From: a virus
Lineage: Duplodnaviria > Caudoviricetes
Reading direction: 5' to 3' (one strand)
IMG/VR virus record: IMGVR_UViG_3300036987_000217
Location: 1-39,481 of that record
DNA: 39,481 nucleotides
The notes beneath the pieces were generated by a model. It was given only the letters and a program-made list of their open reading frames with translations, was not told the DNA's origin and did not search any database. The first letter of the stretch is position 1. Every line of letters starts with the position of its first letter. The position numbers were made by a program, and so were the translations under genes. This document shows, in pieces, positions 19,011-25,235 of the stretch.

Positions 19011-19087
19011 AATTTTTGGCCCCAAAAATTGTCGAACCCCGGGCCGCCGCCGCGCCGCACGACGGGCGGGGGGCGGGAAAGGGACCC
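19011..19087 (-). promoter_or_regulatory. Putative cos packaging site (cosQ/cosN-like plus A-tract inverted repeat)
   Basis: - strand GGGTCCCTTTCC (lambda cosQ region GGGTCCTTTCC), then CGGCGGCGGCCC at 19052-19041 (9/12 to lambda GGGCGGCGACCT), then AATTTTTGG-gg-CCAAAAATT; intergenic, just upstream of terS. Confidence 0.7.
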
Positions 19088-19101
19088 GCGAACTCGCCCC
19101 C

Positions 19102-19656
19102 CTAGCTCACGACGCCGTCGGTGAGCCTGCGTATCTCGTGCTCAACACGGCGAGGCAGTTGGGTAGCGGTGACGGCATGGAACGCGGCAGCGCTCGCATC
19201 CTTCACCATTTCCTTCGGCACGTTCGGGCCGGCGATGCGCTCGATCGGCAAGCGCTTGCGCCCCGTGCGCCAGAACGCGTGGCCACCCAGCCGTGGCACG
19301 ATGAACGCCGAGCGGTAAGTCTTGCGGTTTTTCCACGGCGCGGCCGACACGCCCTTGCGCGTCTGGTAGGCACGGAAATGTTTGATTGGGATCGGGCCAC
19401 CTGCAGCCCGGATGGTGTACGTCAACGCCGCGTTGTTCGCGCGCAGCTTGATGATCTTGCCATAGCGCCGGATGACCGCCTGCGGCGCACCGATCTGGTC
19501 GGAGAGCGTGCGCAGCACGATGGTGTACACCTTGTCGCCGGTGTGGTTCAGCGCGCGCCGAAACGCGTTCGCTTTCTGGCCGCTCGATAGCTTCTGGCAC
19601 GCGATGGTGAGCTTCGGCACACCGTTGCCCGACCATTGCATCGTCAGCGCTGCCAT
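19102..19656 (-). CDS. Minor tail protein Z-like (lambda gpZ family), 184 aa
   Basis: RRALNHTG...PIPIKHF...SAFIVPRLGGHAFWRTGRKRLPIERIAGPNVP...LPRRVEHEIRR; start ATG 19656. Confidence 0.8.
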   Translation of the reverse strand: MAALTMQWSGNGVPKLTIACQKLSSGQKANAFRRALNHTGDKVYTIVLRTLSDQIGAPQAVIRRYGKIIKLRANNAALTYTIRAAGGPIPIKHFRAYQTRKGVSAAPWKNRKTYRSAFIVPRLGGHAFWRTGRKRLPIERIAGPNVPKEMVKDASAAAFHAVTATQLPRRVEHEIRRLTDGVVS

Positions 19657-19660
19657 GGCG

Positions 19661-19954
19661 TCAGCCCTTTTTGCCGGCCTTGGCCGCGAACGTATCGAGC
19701 GCTCCGACAAGCGGCACGACGTCGTGTACTTCACCCGGCAACTTGAACCCCAGCGACGCGGCTCGCACCAATTCGCGCTCTGCGGCGTCGAATGAGCGAA
19801 ACACCGTCGCGCTGCTCGGGCTCGTGTTCCAGGTCGTGTGGCTTTCGAAAAACGTCTCGGGGCGATCGGTGCACGTCGACCGAATTACCCAGGCGTCTTG
19901 GGCATACAGCCACAGCTTGCGCATCGTGATCGGTCCGGCCTTCTTCGCTGGCAT
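19661..19954 (-). CDS. Hypothetical protein (97 aa), first gene of late operon
   Basis: Ends 4 nt before the gpZ start; start uncertain. Confidence 0.55.
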   Translation of the reverse strand: MPAKKAGPITMRKLWLYAQDAWVIRSTCTDRPETFFESHTTWNTSPSSATVFRSFDAAERELVRAASLGFKLPGEVHDVVPLVGALDTFAAKAGKKG

Positions 19955-20175
19955 TGGCCTGGTGCGAAAAAATCGCTTGGGTGCGTGCCTGCCAGGATCG
20001 GGCCGGGATGATCTCGCGCAAATGATGCTGCGAAAGTAGTCGACGGCGTTGGCGTTCGGTGGTCATCGCCGCGCTTGGCTGCCTCACCCGCCGTGCCGCC
20101 TGGTAGTCTTGAAAACGCCTCACACGGGCTGCCGTTACATGGCGTCCTCCCGGGTTCAAGAAAGCGTCCGAACAC

Positions 20176-20205
20176 AAAAAACCCGCCGGCTTGTTCAGCG
20201 GCGGG
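20176..20205 (-). terminator. Intrinsic terminator just downstream of late promoter (tR'-like)
   Basis: - strand CCCGCCG-loop-CGGCGGG-TTTTTT. Confidence 0.8.
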
Positions 20206-20231
20206 CATTCGTCTCGTCGAGACTAGACACA

Positions 20232-20280
20232 CGACTCACCGGATTCGGCTAAGTCGTCAACGCGTTTTTAAAAAAACTTT
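20232..20280 (-). promoter_or_regulatory. Putative late promoter (pR'-like)
   Basis: AT-rich UP tract AAAGTTTTTTTAAAAA then -35 TTGACG (20260-20255); -10 position non-consensus (GAGTCG). Confidence 0.5.
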
Positions 20281-20328
20281 CGAATGGTCGCGAGCGTTGC
20301 AATTGAGACTCACGCATCCTCTGGCTCC

Positions 20329-20757
20329 TTACCACCATAGCCAGGTCACGATGAATAGCGCCGCCTTTGCAACCGACCCCTGAAGTTGAGTGAGCTGTTC
20401 GGGGCTGGCGGCGTCTGCCGTCAATGTGCACTGGACATTGAGCGGGAACATGCAAAGCGACAGCGCCCCGACGGGTGATCCGATAAGCGTAGAGAAAACC
20501 AACGTCCATAAACGCGCCCCCCGCCGCCCTGCATTGCTCAACGTTCGGCCCGAGCCTTCTTCAATGTTCCAGAGCACAGTCCACCCCGCACTGGCGAAGC
20601 CAGCATACACGGCGCCGATTATGAGAGCACCGCGGGGAAACGGGTAAGTCCACAATTGGAAGGCCCCGGTCAGAAAGGTGACCGAGATAATGCCGAAAGC
20701 CACGGCCATTGAGAAAAGAAAGCGGCTCCTAGGCGAAGCTTCAGCTGGCATCCTCAA
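20329..20757 (-). CDS. Integral membrane protein, about 4 TM (142 aa)
   Basis: Four hydrophobic stretches; last gene of accessory operon. Confidence 0.65.
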   Translation of the reverse strand: MRMPAEASPRSRFLFSMAVAFGIISVTFLTGAFQLWTYPFPRGALIIGAVYAGFASAGWTVLWNIEEGSGRTLSNAGRRGARLWTLVFSTLIGSPVGALSLCMFPLNVQCTLTADAASPEQLTQLQGSVAKAALFIVTWLWW

Positions 20758-20981
20758 CCACCAGCGCCTTCGGGTGGTGGCGTCCGCAAAGCCGCTATCG
20801 CTCCGGCGAACACGGCCCGCATGAGCGGCCCCTGATCTGCTATCAGATGCTGCTTAGCTTCGAGGTCCGCAAGCACTGCGCCCTTTGGTAGTCCATGCTT
20901 CTCTAGCGTGCCGACGACGCTCGCCAACAGCGTAACTAAGCCGCCAGCCATCTCACCGTACGCCCGTCCATCGTTAGCCAT
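20754..20981 (-). CDS. Hypothetical protein (75 aa)
   Basis: GGAG RBS, packed operon. Confidence 0.65.
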   Translation of the reverse strand: MANDGRAYGEMAGGLVTLLASVVGTLEKHGLPKGAVLADLEAKQHLIADQGPLMRAVFAGAIAALRTPPPEGAGG

Positions 20982-20992
20982 CGTTCTCCCTC

Positions 20993-21370
20993 CTACCTCC
21001 CAGCGCGGTCGCGCTCCGCGACGCGCCGGTCGACTTCGTCCCGGGCGGCGATGATCGCCTCGGCAGCAAGGCGCCCCATATAGGCGCGAGCCGTGCTGAC
21101 TTCCGGATATCTGAACACTTCACCGCTAGCGGCCGACACCGTGATGCCGCCGTTCAGGCATTCAACTTTGAAGACCCTCTGACCGTCGAATAACAAGCTG
21201 GACACGCCATCCTCGCCAGCGCGGCACTCAAAACCCCTCGTGGCGAGCTTGCTGTCGCCGAGATACTCCCAGATTTCCCGCCGCATGGCATCATCGTCCG
21301 CGCGCTGCTTCAATAGCCGTTGCTCCTGTTCGAGCACCTCGTCCAGGAAGCTTTTTTCCTTGTCCGGCAT
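20993..21370 (-). CDS. Hypothetical protein (125 aa)
   Basis: Start ATG 21370 (MPDKEKSFLDEV...) after GAGGGGG. Confidence 0.65.
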   Translation of the reverse strand: MPDKEKSFLDEVLEQEQRLLKQRADDDAMRREIWEYLGDSKLATRGFECRAGEDGVSSLLFDGQRVFKVECLNGGITVSAASGEVFRYPEVSTARAYMGRLAAEAIIAARDEVDRRVAERDRAGR

Positions 21371-21381
21371 CCATTTCCCCC

Positions 21382-21714
21382 TCAGTCCCCAGCGCCGTGG
21401 GCGCTGATCCTTGCGTATGTCCGCGTGTGCTTCGCGAAGAGGTCGGCCGCCTGCCGCCGCGCCTCTTCCGTTTCCTTGTGCGCCCGTTCTTGCCGCCGGG
21501 CACGGTCCCACGACTGGGCGCCTTGCATCACCTTGTCAATGTGGCGGTTGATGTGGTCCACTAGGCGTCGGTGCATTTCCTCCGCGCCCGGCGAATCCCA
21601 CTCTACGCCCATTTCGGTAACCTCGCCCTCGACGTCGCCCAGCTTTAGGCGCGAGCCAGGCCTTATTAGCTCATCACTCATCGTCGGCCCCGTCGTGTTG
21701 TCTTCGTTCGTCAT
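21382..21714 (-). CDS. Hypothetical protein (110 aa)
   Basis: ATGA overlap with upstream gene, GAGGAGG RBS. Confidence 0.65.
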   Translation of the reverse strand: MTNEDNTTGPTMSDELIRPGSRLKLGDVEGEVTEMGVEWDSPGAEEMHRRLVDHINRHIDKVMQGAQSWDRARRQERAHKETEEARRQAADLFAKHTRTYARISAHGAGD

Positions 21715-22076
21715 CGAATGCTCGCCTCCTCGATTTCGACAATGCGCCCGCGCACGTCAGCAATCTCGTCAATCGTCGCCTGCACCAGGTGCATTGCAGC
21801 CGGTGTCTTTGCCTCGCGTTCCAACTGCGCCCACCGCCTGCGAAGCCCGGCTAGCTCTGCCGTATCCGGCGGAAAATAGATGAGCAGCGGTGCGCCTGGC
21901 TCTTCGTCGACGCGCACCGGTGCGTCGCGTCCTGCAAAGCGGGCGAGGTCATCACGCGGCCGAATTTCCGAAGTCACCAGACTGCCATCGGCGGCAGCCC
22001 TGAACAAAACGCCCGACAGTCCGTCCGGCGCGACGCGCACGAACGGCAATCTATGCTCGCCTAATGCCGATGCCAT
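21711..22076 (-). CDS. Hypothetical protein (121 aa)
   Basis: AGGAGG RBS. Confidence 0.65.
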   Translation of the reverse strand: MASALGEHRLPFVRVAPDGLSGVLFRAAADGSLVTSEIRPRDDLARFAGRDAPVRVDEEPGAPLLIYFPPDTAELAGLRRRWAQLEREAKTPAAMHLVQATIDEIADVRGRIVEIEEASIR

Positions 22077-22085
22077 TTGCGCCTC

Positions 22086-22307
22086 CTATGCCCGCACCGC
22101 GACGTTCACCTGCAGGTCCGTTGTCGGGATGACGGCGCTGACTTCCATCGGCGTGATCGCCGGCAGCGTGAGGCTCAACGCCACTACGCGGGCGCCCTCG
22201 TCGGCCCCATGGTTCTCGATCAGCAGATCCATCGCCGATTGCGCGTCGTCGGTGCTCGTCTCGACGTCGCCAGCGGCGTTGTAGGCAATCCAAATCGTCG
22301 TTTCCAT
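22086..22307 (-). CDS. Small acidic hypothetical protein (73 aa)
   Basis: AAGGAG RBS. Confidence 0.7.
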   Translation of the reverse strand: METTIWIAYNAAGDVETSTDDAQSAMDLLIENHGADEGARVVALSLTLPAITPMEVSAVIPTTDLQVNVAVRA

Positions 22308-22321
22308 CTATCAACTCCTTA

Positions 22322-23203
22322 TCATGCGTCCCGACGTGCAACTCGCTTCATAAACCGCTGTCCCAAGGCGGTGAGCACGGCCCAATCGACGCCTACTGGC
22401 TTCTCGTTAGTAGCCCAACTGTACCCTCTACCCTCCAGTGCGATGAGTCCCTGATTTTTCAGGAGTTCGAACGCGAGTTCATTGTCGGCAAACACGGGAG
22501 CGTACAAGCGCGCATCCACCCAGTGCACCCGGTCCTTGACCGCGCGCGAATAAGCGATGGTGAACTCCATCGGCATGGTGGGATCGACATACTTGCGCAA
22601 CTGCTCAAACACTGACAGATCGCGCAACGGCACCGCCTGCCGCAATAGGTCCTTGATTTCCGGCTCCGCGCTGTAAAAGCGCTCCATCGGAAATGACGTT
22701 AAGTCCGGCGGTCCCTCCGGACGCCATAGCCAACGCAAGACGCCGCACTCACGCGCTGAAAGCTCCGAGAGTAATCGCGAGAACACAACGACCTCGACGT
22801 CATAGTCTTCCGAGGCCGACGCGATCAGCTTTGCCCAAGCCGTGGTGAGAACGTCATCTTCCGCATCTTCTAGCGATGCGCGTTCGAGGATCGGCAATAA
22901 TGCCTTTTGCGGTATGGCGCCGGTCAATGTAGCACCTTCGAGTTCCCGCGTAGCTTTGACCATGATCCTCGATAAGGTCTCGATACGTCTGCTCTGCAGA
23001 CGTCGCCTAAGATCAATGAGCCAGTCATCAACGATTCCGGCAGCGGTAACGATTGGTGCAATCGCACGCAGAAGCGCCTCGGCTTTCTCTCTTGTTACGT
23101 CTTCGGGTTCCGTCGCTTGTACGTGGCGTTCGGATTTGATCGACGCACCGAGTGCTATTTCCACTGACGCGCCGCCGGCCTTTTTTTCCCCCGCGCCCAT
23201 CAT
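22322..23203 (-). CDS. Abi-alpha (DUF4393) family protein
   Basis: IPQKALLPILERASLEDAEDDVLTTAWAKLIASA...FSRLLSELSARECGVL, C-terminal wing LKNQGLI...LTALGQRFM. Confidence 0.78.
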   Translation of the reverse strand: MMGAGEKKAGGASVEIALGASIKSERHVQATEPEDVTREKAEALLRAIAPIVTAAGIVDDWLIDLRRRLQSRRIETLSRIMVKATRELEGATLTGAIPQKALLPILERASLEDAEDDVLTTAWAKLIASASEDYDVEVVVFSRLLSELSARECGVLRWLWRPEGPPDLTSFPMERFYSAEPEIKDLLRQAVPLRDLSVFEQLRKYVDPTMPMEFTIAYSRAVKDRVHWVDARLYAPVFADNELAFELLKNQGLIALEGRGYSWATNEKPVGVDWAVLTALGQRFMKRVARRDA

Positions 23204-23445
23204 TGCTTCCCTTTCCTCGGCTCCCGGCGCCTGGTCGGCGGAACGGGGTTGATCTCTTGCAGCACCGTCAGCACCTCGGGCCGACGGTCCAGCAGTTCGG
23301 CGACGGTTGCCACCGGTCCCGGCACCTTGGCGCCCTCGGCGGTCCAGTTTTCCCCCGACTTCCGGGTTGACCGCAGCAGCAGGGCGAACCCGCCGCGCGA
23401 TAGTCCGAGCCGGTCGAGGATGGCACCGAGCCGCTGGGGGGTCAT
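23200..23445 (-). CDS. XRE-type HTH transcriptional regulator (81 aa)
   Basis: MTPQRLGAILDRLGLSRGGFALLL...NWTAEGAKVPGPVATVAELL. Confidence 0.82.
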   Translation of the reverse strand: MTPQRLGAILDRLGLSRGGFALLLRSTRKSGENWTAEGAKVPGPVATVAELLDRRPEVLTVLQEINPVPPTRRREPRKGKQ

Positions 23446-23475
23446 TTGCGTAATCCCTACTTGTTCGTCCTGGGC

Positions 23476-23504
23476 ACTATGCGAAATATTTACGGTTAAG
23501 ACAA
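23476..23504 (-). promoter_or_regulatory. Sigma70-type promoter for XRE/Abi-alpha operon with operator in spacer
   Basis: TTGTCT-17 bp-CATAGT; operator ATGCGAAATATTTACGGTT (23479-23497). Confidence 0.7.
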
Positions 23505-23514
23505 CGTCTCGTTA

Positions 23515-23543
23515 TTGACTTATGCGTAAATTTTTCGCATTAT
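23515..23543 (+). promoter_or_regulatory. Sigma70-type promoter for hammerhead/DUF1640 transcript with operator in spacer
   Basis: TTGACT-17 bp-CATTAT; palindromic operator ATGCGTAAATTTTTCGCAT (23522-23540). Confidence 0.78.
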
Positions 23544-23634
23544 CGGAAAGCAAAAGACGCGAACCGGCACGGAAGGCCTGACGGATGGCCACCAACCGCG
23601 CCGGGGAGCGGCCCAAAAGGCCGCCAGTGTTCGA

Positions 23635-23697
23635 GACGAAAGCGAAACGGTGCCCAGCGCCGTCGCGGGGTCGCGCCCCGCCTGACGAGCTTTCGTC
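23635..23697 (+). ncRNA. Type II hammerhead ribozyme
   Basis: Stem II GACGAAAGC/GCTTTCGTC (9 bp), GAAA core, stem III CGGTGC-CCA-GCGCCG, GTC cleavage triplet (23662-23664), stem I GCGGGG-TCGCG-CCCCGC, CTGACGA core (23682-23688). Confidence 0.92.
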
Positions 23698-23729
23698 AGC
23701 GTGTTAGGCTCCCATCCATGGAGAAACGT

Positions 23730-23966
23730 ATGTCGATCGACACTCTCGGTTACGTCAAACGGCTCACGGCCGCCGGCGTCGAGCAAGTGCAGGCCGAGGC
23801 GCACGCCGAGGCTTTGCGGGACCACCTGGTGCCGCAGCTTGCAACGAGCCACGACCTTGAAAAGCTTGCGAGCCGATTGGAGGCGACGCTCTGGAAGCAC
23901 TCACTGGCGGTAATCACCAGCGTGCTTGCGGTCGGCTTAGCCCTACTGCGGTTCGGCCAACACTAG
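23730..23966 (+). CDS. DUF1640/CCDC90-like coiled-coil membrane-anchored protein (78 aa)
   Basis: IDTLGYVKRLTAAGVEQVQAEAHAEAL...LATSHDL plus C-terminal TM; GGAG RBS before ATG 23730. Confidence 0.85.
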   Translation: MSIDTLGYVKRLTAAGVEQVQAEAHAEALRDHLVPQLATSHDLEKLASRLEATLWKHSLAVITSVLAVGLALLRFGQH

Positions 23967-23982
23967 GCCAGTCTGACACAGC

Positions 23983-24023
23983 GAGCCCCCGGTGCGTTCG
24001 TGCGCGCCGGGGGCTTTTTCTTT
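23983..24023 (+). terminator. Intrinsic terminator after DUF1640 gene
   Basis: GCCCCCGGTGCG-TTCGTG-CGCGCCGGGGGC-TTTTTCTTT. Confidence 0.85.
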
Positions 24024-24040
24024 GCCCACTGACAGTTCCG

Positions 24041-24081
24041 AAAAACGAAAAGCCCGGCCGGTGTTCGTGCACCAGCCGAGC
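24041..24081 (-). terminator. Minus-strand (antisense) intrinsic terminator
   Basis: - strand GCTCGGCTGGTG-CACGAA-CACCGGCCGGGC-TTTTCGTTTTT; the two + strand mismatches become G-U pairs only on the - strand. Confidence 0.7.
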
Positions 24082-24118
24082 CCTTGCGTGACCGCTCCCA
24101 TCCAAAGGAACCATCACA

Positions 24119-25180
24119 ATGACGATCGATAACATAGGCGGCCGCCTGGCCGCAATCGTGTGCGCCACCGCCCTTGGTGTTGGCGGCACGTCCCTCCTGT
24201 TCGGTGACGTCATCGCCGGCGCCGCCGACTTCACGCAAAAGCACCTGCAGACGATCTGCATCGTCGTCGCGACCACGGGCGCGTGGCTCGCGGTGACGAT
24301 AGCCGCCAAGAAACGGGCACCCATCGCCTTTATCGGCTGGCTGGTGCTCTCACTGTTCGGCACCGGCGTCATTTGCTGGTACTCGCTCGGCCGCCAAACC
24401 GAGGGGCAGTTGATGTCCGCCGACAGTCACGACAAGGCCGCCGAGGAACGCGGCCGGCTCAAAGCGAAGCTCGTCGACGAGGAAAAGGCACGCACCGCCA
24501 AGCGCAACGATGCCGACGCGGTGTGCAAGAAATACGGCCCCGAGCATCGACGATGCCTTGGCGCTCGCGCGGTGGAGGCGGTCTATGCCGATTCCCTCGC
24601 CGGCATCGAGGCACGCCTCAAATCGCAACAGGTGAAGCCGGTCGACGCTTCGGCGGAGGCATTCGGCAACCTGGTCGCCGCGCTCGGCGGCAACCGCGAC
24701 AAGGCGAAGGCCCTGGCGCTGTTGTTCATGCCGTACCTCATCACCGGGCTGTTCGAGTTGGGGTTCACCTGGTCGCTGCACGATGCGTTCCGGCCGGGCA
24801 ATGTGCGGAAAGCGAACATTGCTCCGCTGACCGAGTTGCTGACAGTCCGTCAGCAACTGGCGACGCCGGACAGTCCGGCCGTGCTCCCGAAAAATTCTTC
24901 GGGAGCAACGGACGGCCAGCGTGACGGCGGTGCGCGGACAGTCCGCCCCCAGCCGGACAGTCCGCTGCCCGCCGGACGGTGGTCCGAGGCGCAGACGCTG
25001 GCCTACGTGCGGGCCGAACTCGCCGCCGGCCGGACGGTCCCCATGCAGCAGGTGCTGGTCGGACTGTCGGGCGTCCGCAAGCAGCGGATTTCGGACTGGA
25101 TGAGCGAATGGGAGGCGGACCAACGCATCCCCATGCGCACGCAAGCCGGACGGTGCAAGGTGCTCGTCGCCGCGAACTGA
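24119..25180 (+). CDS. Membrane protein: 3 TM, coiled coil, TM, linker, C-terminal winged-HTH-like domain (353 aa)
   Basis: AAGGA RBS; hydrophobic segments; C-terminal PMQQVLVGLSGVRKQRISDWMSEWEADQRIPMRTQAGRCKVL. Confidence 0.8.
   Translation: MTIDNIGGRLAAIVCATALGVGGTSLLFGDVIAGAADFTQKHLQTICIVVATTGAWLAVTIAAKKRAPIAFIGWLVLSLFGTGVICWYSLGRQTEGQLMSADSHDKAAEERGRLKAKLVDEEKARTAKRNDADAVCKKYGPEHRRCLGARAVEAVYADSLAGIEARLKSQQVKPVDASAEAFGNLVAALGGNRDKAKALALLFMPYLITGLFELGFTWSLHDAFRPGNVRKANIAPLTELLTVRQQLATPDSPAVLPKNSSGATDGQRDGGARTVRPQPDSPLPAGRWSEAQTLAYVRAELAAGRTVPMQQVLVGLSGVRKQRISDWMSEWEADQRIPMRTQAGRCKVLVAAN
24834..25070. repeat. Cluster of CGGAC-N-GTCCG palindromes and two 10-bp inverted repeats inside the membrane-wHTH gene
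   Basis: Exact CGGACAGTCCG at 24867, 24935, 24954; near copies at 24839, 25031, 25060; IRs 24834-24858 and 24882-24907. Confidence 0.85.
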
Positions 25181-25199
25181 TCGAAAAGCCCGAATAGTT

Positions 25200-25234
25200 G
25201 CCCCGGTGCTGGTGCCCCCAGCGCCGGGGCTTTT
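25200..25234 (+). terminator. Intrinsic terminator between convergent genes
   Basis: GCCCCGGTGCTGG-TGCCC-CCAGCGCCGGGGC-TTTT. Confidence 0.8.
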
Positions 25235-25235
25235 A

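Noticed and set aside
20329-20757. Holin call for the 4-TM protein
   Set aside because: No adjacent endolysin or spanin; it lies upstream of the late promoter in an accessory operon
23564-23590. CsrA/RsmA-type GGA motifs in the hammerhead leader
   Set aside because: Only two or three short motifs, one inside a stem; no evidence the host has CsrA
23577-23647. Second hammerhead core (CTGACGG at 23578; CTGACGA on the - strand at 23699)
   Set aside because: The first deviates from CUGANGA and lacks compatible stems; the - strand copy has no downstream GAAA or stem III
24834-25070. CRISPR-like array
   Set aside because: Repeats are 11 bp, irregularly spaced and inside a CDS; no cas genes
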